Virus record (IMG/VR): IMGVR_UViG_2687453461_000002
Length of the DNA: 64,000 nt
DNA from: a virus
Lineage: Duplodnaviria > Caudoviricetes
Strand: one strand, 5' to 3'
Shown here: positions 9,837 through 19,022 of the stretch, piece by piece
Layout of the letters: each line of letters starts with the position of its first letter
How positions within the stretch are numbered: the stretch's first letter is position 1
Notes under the pieces: generated by a model
Database searches by the model: none
What the model was told of the DNA's origin: nothing
The model's input: the letters and a program-made list of their open reading frames with translations, nothing else
Made by a program: the position numbers and the translations under genes

Positions 9837-12800
9837 GTCGCATCCACACTCAAGTCGATGGCTTTGACGCCGTTCGGATGGAACACATACAGCCCTTTGT
9901 TGTTGATCATGAGCCTTGCTCCTCCGGGGGTATTGCCCATCATTTGAAAGGTCCCATCGGGTCGAAATGCCCAGCCAGAAACGTCAGGCACATAGTTGTT
10001 CGACTGCAAGTTGCTGCCGATTTTGAGCATGTCGATTGAGCCGTTCTTGATGAACGCGGTGTCGATGTAGGCAGCATTGTTTTGAACAACGAACGGGTAA
10101 TAAATCTCCGCAGCGTTCGGGTCGACAATTGCAAATCGGCTTGCGGCGATGAGCACCTGGCTAGTGATGATCCCTTCGTTGTTCTCCACGCCAACACCAA
10201 TGCCGGCTAGGTATGGCTTGTTGTCGACCGTGAGCTGGGTCTTGATCGAGTACATGGCCGCGAGCTCGCTTTTCAGGGTCTCGATTTCAACCTGCGCACC
10301 GCCACCCGAGTCGATCTTTTCCAGGAGGTGCTGACTTAACTGCGTCTCTGTGATCTGGTCGTTCAGGTACTCAAGGATCACACCTGCATCGGCGGAGGAC
10401 TGACCCATCACCGGCCCGTAGAACGCGCCGACGTTGCCGATGCGATCCACCAGCCGGGCCCAGAAGAAGAACCGCACGCCCGCGGCCAGGCCCATGATCG
10501 TCAGGTCGGTTTGCGGATAGGCGTAGTCGCCGAACTTTGTCGCCGTCGCTACCTGGCTTGTTTCGCTGTACCAGATCTCGGTTCGCTGCAGGTCCGCGGT
10601 GGTAACTCCTGCCGGAATGCCCCAGGCCAACTTGATGCCGAACACAATCGACTCTGCGGTGAAGGACGACGGCACCGGCGGCGGCGTGGTCTTGCCGTTC
10701 AGCACGGTCTCGACAGAGGTCGCGAACACCGACCCAATGTCCAGCGAGTTGATGGCCCGCACCTTGGCCACATACCGCCCCGCATAGATTCCGCTCACAT
10801 CGATGGACGTAGTGCCCGTGCGGCCGGCAAAGATCCAGTCGCCATCGTTCTTTCGCCAGTAGACCTCGTAGGCGATCGCCGCTTCTGGCTTCTCCCACTC
10901 AATCGTCATGACACTGACCGCGCTGCCCTGGTCGACGAAGTGGTCATTGCTCACCGTCACGTTCGACGGGGGACGCTGGACGCTCGGCGGGATCACGGTC
11001 ACCGGCGGCCGCTCGATGCGCGTGCCGTTGTCGATTGCGCCGTATTTACTGGCGTTGTGGCGTACTGCGCTGATCGTGAACTTGATCTCCGAGTCTGAGA
11101 AGTCTTCAGCAACTGACATCACGCGAAACAGCTGCGTGGCCAGGGTGGTCGAGTCAATCGCCCACATCGAATGCTGAGGCGGCAGATCGTCCAGGTTCTG
11201 GGCCAGCACGACCTGCTGGACGTCGGACGGAAAGCCAGTGGTGTCGAAGGTGACGCGACCGTTGTCCCAGGTGATCCCGTTCTGATCCCATGTCAGCGGA
11301 TACCCGACCGACTTGATCTTGCGTGATACCGCCGTGCCCGTGGGCATGATCACGGTGATCGTGTCACCTGGGTATGCCTTCACGTCGGCATCCAGTATCA
11401 GGGTGTCGAGCGTGGACGAGCGCAAGCGCCCGCCAATGCGCCGCCCTGCCCGATCGTTGTCTGCGATGCGGATGATCTGCCCGGGGCGCGCCAGGGTGCC
11501 ATCCAGGCCCACGGAGAACCCCACGCTTTCGGTTTCCAGGCGGTTGGTCAGCAGCGCCCACTTGCCGATGCGTTGGGCCTGGGCCTGGGAGGTACAGCCG
11601 GTGGCTGTGATCTCGGTCTGCTGGATGCCGTAGCGGGTGATCCCGGCCTGGTCGTCGACATACTCGACCTTCTGCCGGTAGAAGTCGGCCGGGTCGTTCC
11701 AGCTCACCAGGGCCACGGTATAGCGGGTCTTCTTCGCCGAGCCGAAATAGCCAAACTTACCGTCGATCACGTTGGCGTTCGAATAGGTGTAAACCGGGTC
11801 CTCGGGTATGTCAGCAATAGCCATGACCGAGCCGGCGGCCCAGTAGGACATGCCTCGAAAGGTCGTGGCCAGGTCCTGCAGCACGTCCAGGGCGTTGGAG
11901 CGGGTCTGCAAGAACAGGTTGCAGGTGAACCGCGGCTCCAGCCCGCCCTTCCCGTCCGGCACCGGCTGGTCGCAATACTGACCAATGCGGTACAGCTCCC
12001 AGCGGTCGACCTGCCCCTCGTTCAACAGATGGCCCAGGCCATACCGGAAGTGCAGCAGCAGGTCGTAGAAGATCCAGGCCGGGTTATCAGTCCAGGCTAA
12101 CTTGAACGAACCATCCCAGATGCCGGAGTACAACCGACTTTCTGGGTCGTAGTTGCTCGGCACGCGAATGATTCGGCCACGCAGGTCGAAGGACCGGGTG
12201 GGGATCGCCTGGAACTGCGAGGCGTCGAACTGCAGTCCGACGACAGCGGAACCCGGATAACGCAGCTTCGCGTCGATGACCTCGGTGATGGCATCGATGT
12301 TTGTGGTGTCGGCGATCACGCTGCTGGTGCTGTTCGGCGTCAGGCGAGTGACGCGAATCTGCCAGTTGCTGCTCGCCGGAGGCAGGTCGACACGGTGCGA
12401 GCGCTCGTACTTCGTCGAGGTCTTGCCGCTGAACGCCGAGGCCAGCACCTGCACATAGGGCCCGCCGTCGGTGGAAACCTCGATCTTGTACTGCACGGTG
12501 TAGCCATTAGTGTCGCCGTTGCTGGTGTTGGTCTGGGCCAGGCGCGGAGTGGACAAGCGCACGCGCACAGCCGACAGCTGCAGGTTCTGCACAGCGCGAA
12601 CCCAGGGCTGGCCATGCTTCAGCTCAACACCCACCGCGATCTCGCTCTCGACCGCCGGAAAGCCCGGGATATGCAACTGATCATGGCTGCCGGTGCGGGC
12701 GTCCAAGGTGACGCCGCTGAAGTTTCGGGTGCCGTCGGCATTGGCCAGCGGGGTTTCGTCCAGGTAGACCGAGCGCTCACCCGCGACCAGACCCTGGATC

Positions 12801-12922
12801 TCGCCTTCGCTCACCAGGTCTAGGATCCGCGCATAGGCGGTACTCTGCAGACTGTCGGGGGCCTCAACGGACGGCCGCGGCTTCGACTCGCCACCCTTGC
12901 TGCCGGTAATTTGCTGGTTCAT
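9833..12922 (-). CDS. host specificity / central tail fibre protein J
   Basis: ITGSKGG..DLVSEGEI, WTDNPAWIFYDLL, FN3-like and DUF1983-like C-terminus. Confidence 0.92.
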   Translation of the reverse strand: MNQQITGSKGGESKPRPSVEAPDSLQSTAYARILDLVSEGEIQGLVAGERSVYLDETPLANADGTRNFSGVTLDARTGSHDQLHIPGFPAVESEIAVGVELKHGQPWVRAVQNLQLSAVRVRLSTPRLAQTNTSNGDTNGYTVQYKIEVSTDGGPYVQVLASAFSGKTSTKYERSHRVDLPPASSNWQIRVTRLTPNSTSSVIADTTNIDAITEVIDAKLRYPGSAVVGLQFDASQFQAIPTRSFDLRGRIIRVPSNYDPESRLYSGIWDGSFKLAWTDNPAWIFYDLLLHFRYGLGHLLNEGQVDRWELYRIGQYCDQPVPDGKGGLEPRFTCNLFLQTRSNALDVLQDLATTFRGMSYWAAGSVMAIADIPEDPVYTYSNANVIDGKFGYFGSAKKTRYTVALVSWNDPADFYRQKVEYVDDQAGITRYGIQQTEITATGCTSQAQAQRIGKWALLTNRLETESVGFSVGLDGTLARPGQIIRIADNDRAGRRIGGRLRSSTLDTLILDADVKAYPGDTITVIMPTGTAVSRKIKSVGYPLTWDQNGITWDNGRVTFDTTGFPSDVQQVVLAQNLDDLPPQHSMWAIDSTTLATQLFRVMSVAEDFSDSEIKFTISAVRHNASKYGAIDNGTRIERPPVTVIPPSVQRPPSNVTVSNDHFVDQGSAVSVMTIEWEKPEAAIAYEVYWRKNDGDWIFAGRTGTTSIDVSGIYAGRYVAKVRAINSLDIGSVFATSVETVLNGKTTPPPVPSSFTAESIVFGIKLAWGIPAGVTTADLQRTEIWYSETSQVATATKFGDYAYPQTDLTIMGLAAGVRFFFWARLVDRIGNVGAFYGPVMGQSSADAGVILEYLNDQITETQLSQHLLEKIDSGGGAQVEIETLKSELAAMYSIKTQLTVDNKPYLAGIGVGVENNEGIITSQVLIAASRFAIVDPNAAEIYYPFVVQNNAAYIDTAFIKNGSIDMLKIGSNLQSNNYVPDVSGWAFRPDGTFQMMGNTPGGARLMINNKGLYVFHPNGVKAIDLSVDAT

Positions 12923-12979
12923 GGCTTTCCTTCAGGCAAAAAAATACCCGCGCTTGGCGGGCCTGGTGGCGGATTCGCT

Positions 12980-13549
12980 TTACATCTGGTCTTCGGAGTA
13001 GATCCCGGCGCTGATCACCGCGCTCCCAACGATCATCCGACCGTAGAGCAACGGGACAGGGTTGCCCTGGACGCTGGTGTTCACGGCACCGTTGAAGCTG
13101 TAGCTGGGTCGGTTGTTGGGGCTGTCCTGGGTGCCCAAGCCCTTGGCTTGCGGGCTGAGCATCTGGATCACGCCGCCGGCGACCAAGGCGAGACCAGGGG
13201 CCAATGTTGCACCGCCAGTGATGTATGAAGCAGCGATCAGCACAACCCCCACAATTGTCTGCAATAGGCCCGCCCGTTTTGACCCAACGATCACAGGGAC
13301 GACTCGGATTACATCACGTCCAGTAGGTTTTTCGAGATCACTCTCTGAGAGATTCTCCTTGCCGTTGAAGATCGCATAACGCAGCCCCTTGCTGGAGCTT
13401 TCCGTCATGTGTTTCTCGAATCCTGGGAACTGCTTGAAATACCCTATGATGTCCCGCAAGCCTCCTCGGGTAATCATTCTGTGCCGGCGGCCAAACAGCT
13501 TGGCCAGGGAACCAGACAGCAGGACGGTTTGCATCTTTTCAGCAGGCAT
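12980..13549 (-). CDS. tail assembly protein I
   Basis: GSLAKLFG..SYSFNGAVNTSVQGNPVPLLYG. Confidence 0.9.
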   Translation of the reverse strand: MPAEKMQTVLLSGSLAKLFGRRHRMITRGGLRDIIGYFKQFPGFEKHMTESSSKGLRYAIFNGKENLSESDLEKPTGRDVIRVVPVIVGSKRAGLLQTIVGVVLIAASYITGGATLAPGLALVAGGVIQMLSPQAKGLGTQDSPNNRPSYSFNGAVNTSVQGNPVPLLYGRMIVGSAVISAGIYSEDQM

Positions 13550-13601
13550 ATTTTCTCCAGACAATAAAAAACCGCCCGTAGGCGGCTTGAGTATTCGGCA
13601 T

Positions 13602-13950
13602 TCACAAACACCTGTTCAGCGAGGTGATAGGACCGCCTCGACCAATCTGTGACCAGGAAGCTCTCTGATAGAGCTTGACGATGCTCCCCTCTCCCTGCTG
13701 AGCAAGCTCAATATTCAAAACATCATCGGTTTGACCAGAATCAGTTCCAGCAACAATCCGATACCCATTTTGGGTCTCGCTCATCACAGATGTGGACCTG
13801 TAGTCCTGCCATGCCGGATACACACAGAGCGCGATATCCTTGGGGCTTTTCGTAGAAATGTGGGTGCTGACTGGATTTCCTAACATAAAGTCAGATGGTG
13901 TCGAGCACCCTGCCAACAGCGCCAACGCCCCCCCCAATCAGTATCCGCAT
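13602..13950 (-). pseudogene. lipoprotein moron frameshifted in a G8 tract
   Basis: GAGAGG RBS and ATG at 13950; removing one G gives MRILIGGALALLAGC in frame with ORF 13602-13937. Confidence 0.7.
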
Positions 13951-13988
13951 GATTACCTCTCGAAAAATGATACAAAGACAAAATTGGC

Positions 13989-14381
13989 TTACCGGATTCT
14001 GATTGGTATACCGCTTGAGCCGATCTCCCACCCGCCGACTAGCTTGTCATTCCGGATGAGAAACTTATAAGGCTTGGCGCCAACGTATCCACCGTAACTA
14101 TTTTTTGCATTGACCGTCACATCCAAGAGAAATCCTGCCTCAATTTTCCTGCCTTCAAAAACGCTGCCTACCATGTACCCCCTGTATACCGTGCCAAAGC
14201 TGTATCGAGCTGAGTCGGGGTCTTTCAGATAAATGCCAAAGAAATTTTTCACTGCTTTCTCGGCGTCCTCCTGATACACAGAGGCTCCATAATCAGCCGC
14301 CTGTATTTGCTCAGGGGTCGGTTTTGAGGCGCAGCCAGTAACTAAAAATAACGACAGAAGCAGAAGTGAAATCAAGCGCAT
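13989..14381 (-). CDS. lipoprotein moron
   Basis: lipobox VTGC; LKDPDSARY and VNAKNSYGGYVG motifs. Confidence 0.8.
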   Translation of the reverse strand: MRLISLLLLSLFLVTGCASKPTPEQIQAADYGASVYQEDAEKAVKNFFGIYLKDPDSARYSFGTVYRGYMVGSVFEGRKIEAGFLLDVTVNAKNSYGGYVGAKPYKFLIRNDKLVGGWEIGSSGIPIRIR

Positions 14382-14471
14382 AACAACTCTCCATGTTTTC
14401 TTGGAGAATACCATTTATGCTCAAGCACGAAAGCCCCGCATGGGCGGGGTTCGTGAGAGTGGGAGGGTTAG

Positions 14472-14804
14472 ATGTCCTGCAAGATCTCTCGGAAGCGCTC
14501 TGTAGCCTTTATGAATTTTGTCAAAGCTGCATGGAGCAACCGGAAGAAAAAGAAGACCTGGGCAGAGCTCAACGACTGGGCGCTTGCCTTCATAGGCGCC
14601 CCGAGCTTTCTGGTTGGTAGCTTTTACTTATGGGTTGTCAGTACAACAACACCTGATCTGCTAGCTCTGACTCGCGACCACGGCCTACCGCTGAAAGCCA
14701 TTTTGGCTTTCGTCTTCTTGGGCGGCCTCGCAGTGAGCGCCTGGTTCTTTCTAAGCGTCGCACGTCGGTGCAGTGAACTGCTTTACGAGCGTAACTTCAA
14801 ATAA
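14472..14804 (+). CDS. two-TM membrane protein (moron)
   Basis: two hydrophobic helices; antisense to late genes; start may be 14511. Confidence 0.6.
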   Translation: MSCKISRKRSVAFMNFVKAAWSNRKKKKTWAELNDWALAFIGAPSFLVGSFYLWVVSTTTPDLLALTRDHGLPLKAILAFVFLGGLAVSAWFFLSVARRCSELLYERNFK

Positions 14805-14882
14805 ACAAAGACTAGGTCTACCCCGCCGGGCTTTTTCAAACCAGCGTCAGCAACCAGGTCGGGCCTCATCAAGGAAGAAAAT

Positions 14883-15212
14883 ATGTACAAGATCCTGTTA
14901 GCAGTTCGTGTTGTTCGCCATGGAGTAACCGAAGGCGGATACAGTCGCGAGCTAGAGCTTCCATTCATACCTACAGTTGGTATGCGTTTCGAGCAAGGCA
15001 TCAGTACCACCCTCTGGGAAACTACTACCGGGGAAGAGCTAGACCCTGCTGTTGAGCAAGTAATTTATGATCTCGACGAAAATATATTCGTATGTCTTTT
15101 CACCGTTCCTTTGTCGCTAGCCGCATCGTTTTGGCAGAGCCTTCCTGGAAGGACCGATGGTATCGTCTGCGGTGTAATGCAGTACTTCCGACATGTGCCC
15201 CTCGCGGGATAA
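14883..15212 (+). CDS. hypothetical protein (moron)
   Basis: AAGGAAG RBS, 109 aa. Confidence 0.6.
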   Translation: MYKILLAVRVVRHGVTEGGYSRELELPFIPTVGMRFEQGISTTLWETTTGEELDPAVEQVIYDLDENIFVCLFTVPLSLAASFWQSLPGRTDGIVCGVMQYFRHVPLAG

Positions 15213-15275
15213 GCACAAGCACGCGTAGCGACGAGCTTTCAATACTCACTAATAAACTAGGGAATAGGACGTAGT

Positions 15276-15578
15276 ATGTTTTTCACAAAAGAGGAAAAAG
15301 TAGAGGGTCTTCGAAAAGCGATTCCAACCCCGCCAGCAACTGGTGATCAGCTAAAAGACCTTGCAGCGGCAGTCAAAAAAACGCTTGCAGGAACTCCTAT
15401 CGAGTCGCGTACGGATGAGATACTGGCTAAATACGTACAGAATCAAACAAAGACAGGCCACTACTTTGACCAAGAAGATGCTGGGTATCTAAATCGCGTC
15501 GCTGATTATATTGAGTCATCGATATCGGACGACTTCAGTGATCTTAACGAGAAGACTTTCGACTGGTATGTAATTTGA
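15276..15578 (+). CDS. hypothetical protein (moron)
   Basis: AGGA RBS, 100 aa, low GC. Confidence 0.6.
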   Translation: MFFTKEEKVEGLRKAIPTPPATGDQLKDLAAAVKKTLAGTPIESRTDEILAKYVQNQTKTGHYFDQEDAGYLNRVADYIESSISDDFSDLNEKTFDWYVI

Positions 15579-15626
15579 CTGACAAATCCGCATCCATCCC
15601 GCCGAAAACCTTAACTGGTTAATAAC

Positions 15627-15866
15627 ATGCTCGCACCCAACCTCACCTTCAAGAGCCTCGGCTACACCAAGCGTGGCGATTTGATTGATTCCTACCAGTT
15701 GGAAGTAACCGACACCCGTGGTGGCACTACCGTAGAGATCTCAGTCCCGACGAGGCATCTCATTTCAGTTCGTAGCATGGAGAGGATCCTCCTCAACCGG
15801 AAAATGCTCTACTCCGTCACGCAGCGCGAGCACGCGAAAATACTGAGCGATATGTTCGATCAGTAG
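15627..15866 (+). CDS. hypothetical protein (moron)
   Basis: 79-aa ORF followed by a hairpin and T-tract near 15895-15910. Confidence 0.5.
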   Translation: MLAPNLTFKSLGYTKRGDLIDSYQLEVTDTRGGTTVEISVPTRHLISVRSMERILLNRKMLYSVTQREHAKILSDMFDQ

Positions 15867-15998
15867 CAACTTGAAGCAATCAAGGAATAGTCTGGCCCTA
15901 CGGGCTTTTTATATAGGAAGGATTCTTAAATGCCTATTACTGAGCAAGCCCAGCGCGGGGCTGGGCTACATTTAATAGCAATAAAAAATCCAGAAACT

Positions 15999-16358
15999 TT
16001 ATGGAGATCTATGTCTCCACTCTCGCACATTTAGCAACACTGCCGTGTTGTTAGACTCCTTATCCCATATTGCTTTATTAAATTGCCAATAATAAAAGTG
16101 AACGATCCGACCATCTTCCAGTGTTTTTTTACTGGATTTTCCTTTTTTGCTGTACACAACCACCAAATCACCAGCTTTAACCGTAAGATCCGGCAGCCAG
16201 TATGCTGATTTAGATCCAGATTGCGGGTTACCTGACTTGCCCTTTTTGGACCGCATCAGCACATATTTGCCGATATCCACTTCCTCATTGGCCTTCATAA
16301 CCACACGTTCTTTTTCTAGGTTGCCTGCCTCAGGAATCCGGTCAATTTCGAGCTTCAT
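15999..16358 (-). CDS. hypothetical protein, lamin-tail-domain-like
   Basis: GNLEKERVVMKA..WLPDLTVKAGDLVVVYSKKG..FYYW..IWD..AVLL pattern. Confidence 0.6.
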   Translation of the reverse strand: MKLEIDRIPEAGNLEKERVVMKANEEVDIGKYVLMRSKKGKSGNPQSGSKSAYWLPDLTVKAGDLVVVYSKKGKSSKKTLEDGRIVHFYYWQFNKAIWDKESNNTAVLLNVREWRHRSP

Positions 16359-16774
16359 TGGTTACCCCGCTTTGACCAAACGCTTCCACCCACAAGAACG
16401 ACGCCTCCAAAGAAGGCGAGGAACGTCAATGGCCAATTCCCCCAGGCTGTTGGCAAATAACCCAAGATAAGGCATCCAACCCCCAGCGTCGCAGATTGTA
16501 AGGTATCGAGCGATGTAATTCGCTTTAGCGCTGATTCTGAAACAGCAAGATCACTTTTTGTCTCATAGTAATCAGACCGAAATTTTTCCAAAGTCAGAAT
16601 TGTTTCCTCCGCAACATCAAGGCGATCCAATATCATTTTTTGGACACCTGGGTGCTTCAGTTCTTCGTCGTTAAGTCGTCGCTCTACTCTGGCTAGCGCT
16701 CTCTTTTCGGTTGGAGCTTCATTTTTAATCTCCACTGCATCGCTGTCATCAGAGGCTTGGTCAACTTGACCCAT
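16355..16774 (-). CDS. coiled-coil plus two-TM protein
   Basis: stop overlaps the next ATG; two C-terminal hydrophobic helices. Confidence 0.7.
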   Translation of the reverse strand: MGQVDQASDDSDAVEIKNEAPTEKRALARVERRLNDEELKHPGVQKMILDRLDVAEETILTLEKFRSDYYETKSDLAVSESALKRITSLDTLQSATLGVGCLILGYLPTAWGNWPLTFLAFFGGVVLVGGSVWSKRGNQ

Positions 16775-16961
16775 AATCCATTACCTAGGTTGAGCCCCTA
16801 CTAGACGGGCGTGCGCAGCCCATATCCGTGGTATGGACCCCCAACTTACCTAGATACTCTACAGCGAGCCGTAAAGGCTCACCAACTGGATGAAATGCCA
16901 GTGGCAAGACTGGAGCCACGGGTAGTAGCTTTGGGCTTTTTCAAAAACCAAGGAGCTAGGT

Positions 16962-17495
16962 ATGCCCATGAAACAAGATGTTGACTCAAACCACTTTAAG
17001 CGATGGCCGTATGTTGCCGAGCAACGTGCCGACGGCGACCATAACAATGGCGGTATAGACCTGATCGCCGAGCCCCACCGAATCAATGACATCCATGAAG
17101 CTACCGAAGAAAATGGGCTCCGCCCATTGCTTGTTGAGCTAAACAAGCCGGATGGGCAATTCATGTCGCTAGGGTGCGCTTCGGGACTCGATGGCAGCTA
17201 TCACTCATATTTCGAATTTACCCCTCGCGACCGCGCCGAAGCGGAAAACCTTGATCAGATGGAGCTAATTTACTCTCGGTGGCTGTCATGGGTGGCCGAG
17301 GTGGACGTGAAACACCCAGGTTTCGCCAAAGCTCTTCATGACAATGCGGTATGGGAAACCAGGACATTTTCCTTCCGAGGAAACGAGCCACAGCATCTGA
17401 TAACCGTCTTCCATCGCGCTCCAGATGTGGAAAACCATCGGACTCTAGCGGAGTACTTTGTGATTTTTCTTCGCTCAATTGAACAGTCCTCCTAA
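16962..17495 (+). CDS. hypothetical protein (moron)
   Basis: AAGGAG RBS, 177 aa, antisense to the tail operon. Confidence 0.7.
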   Translation: MPMKQDVDSNHFKRWPYVAEQRADGDHNNGGIDLIAEPHRINDIHEATEENGLRPLLVELNKPDGQFMSLGCASGLDGSYHSYFEFTPRDRAEAENLDQMELIYSRWLSWVAEVDVKHPGFAKALHDNAVWETRTFSFRGNEPQHLITVFHRAPDVENHRTLAEYFVIFLRSIEQSS

Positions 17496-18262
17496 GGCCT
17501 GGCATTTTTGTGCCGCCAGTAGCTGACAGTGACCTCTCGCCAATACCCGCCGTAGGTATCACGCTTGCTGTCCCGATTGTATAGGTGGTGCAGGATCGAC
17601 CCGGGTGCCGGGAAGTGCTGGGGCTCAGTCTTCAGCACACCATCGGCCAGGTATACCCCGGCGTGGTTCGGCACCTTCGACCGGATCTGCATCAGCACGA
17701 TGTCGCCGTGCTGCGGCGCACTGACCTGGCTGAACCCGGCCGCGGGCAGGTTCTCCAGGTACAGGTTCCCACCCTTCTCCCACCATCCATCCTCACGTTC
17801 GTACTGGCCCAGGTCGATGCCCATCTCACGGCAGTAGAAGTCGAGGATGATGCTCAGACAGTCGTGTACGCCATGAGCGAACTTGCGGCCGATCAGTGGG
17901 GCCTGGTAGCCCTCCGGCACGAAGCTCACAAACTCGCCTGGGCGCACCTGTTCGTCATCGCCCTTGCGGACCTCAAGGATGTGCCAGGGAAGCCCGGAGG
18001 CCTCACAGGAGACGCGATCCGCCTCACTGGGTGCTGCTGGATGGTCTGGGTGGCTGTGCACGACAGCCAGCACCTGGCCGCGATCCTCGGCGGCGGCGAA
18101 GTCCTCGGGCGACAGGCGGAAGTGCTCGCTGGGCGTCGAGGCCGTGTTGCGGCAAGGCACATAGACCTCCTTTCGCCCTTCGCGAATCACGAGGCCGCAG
18201 CACTCACGCGGGTACTCAGCCAGCGCATGCCGCTCAATGGCGGCGCGGGTGGACTTGTTCAT
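17492..18262 (-). CDS. tail protein K (JAB + NlpC/P60)
   Basis: EYPRECCG, VHSHPD, HDCL, NHAGVY. Confidence 0.92.
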   Translation of the reverse strand: MNKSTRAAIERHALAEYPRECCGLVIREGRKEVYVPCRNTASTPSEHFRLSPEDFAAAEDRGQVLAVVHSHPDHPAAPSEADRVSCEASGLPWHILEVRKGDDEQVRPGEFVSFVPEGYQAPLIGRKFAHGVHDCLSIILDFYCREMGIDLGQYEREDGWWEKGGNLYLENLPAAGFSQVSAPQHGDIVLMQIRSKVPNHAGVYLADGVLKTEPQHFPAPGSILHHLYNRDSKRDTYGGYWREVTVSYWRHKNARP

Positions 18263-18264
18263 GG

Positions 18265-18948
18265 TCAGCTCCGAAGCAGGCCAGCGGCCGGGAATGAGCC
18301 GTAAGGCAGAGGGTTGTTCTCGCCGAAGCGAAGCTTGCAGCTGCTCAGGCGCCCGCCGCATTTGTCCTTGGAGGCGTCGGTGACGATGACGTCGTTCTCA
18401 TCGGCCACGGGCCCACCGTTGTAGCCGCAGTAGGGCCCGCGGTAACCGCCGCAGCTGAGCCACCAGCAGACGTTGGCCACGATCTGCCGGCGCGGCAGTT
18501 GGACGCCGGCGAAGTCCAGGGCCGAGGCCAGCTCAAACTGCACCGTTTCGTTGTTCTCGGCAGCCTTGCGCTCGACGTACCAGATGTCCGGCGGCAACTC
18601 CTCGTCGGGGTCTGCTTCGGGCTGGCCGTCCAGGTACTTGCCCAGAGTTCGATGCCGGATCAACTTGGCCCCCACCAGATCCTCGAAGTACAGCACCAGA
18701 GCCGTGATGAACCCGCCGACGTTGCCAACAGATAGGGTCGGCATCGGCTGGGCGCCCTGCCCGGTCATTTCGAAGCCCTCGGCCTGGATCGGCCAAGGGG
18801 AATACTCCTCGCCCTGCCAGTAGATCGATGACTGCTGCCGGTAGCCGTGAAAGCGGTACAGCTCGGCGCCGAGGGCGGTAGCGTCGAGCTCGAAAAGCTC
18901 CACCCACGCGCCAGGCTCCAGGGTCTGGATATCGGCCGTAATTGGCAT
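18265..18948 (-). CDS. minor tail protein L
   Basis: QLPRRQIVANVC, DKCGGRLSSCKLRFG, GSFPAA. Confidence 0.92.
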   Translation of the reverse strand: MPITADIQTLEPGAWVELFELDATALGAELYRFHGYRQQSSIYWQGEEYSPWPIQAEGFEMTGQGAQPMPTLSVGNVGGFITALVLYFEDLVGAKLIRHRTLGKYLDGQPEADPDEELPPDIWYVERKAAENNETVQFELASALDFAGVQLPRRQIVANVCWWLSCGGYRGPYCGYNGGPVADENDVIVTDASKDKCGGRLSSCKLRFGENNPLPYGSFPAAGLLRS

Positions 18949-19022
18949 CGTGTTTCCTCGGGCAAAAAAAATCCCGCTCGATGGCGGGCTGTAGGAACGG
19001 GTGAATACGAACTGCAACAGTC

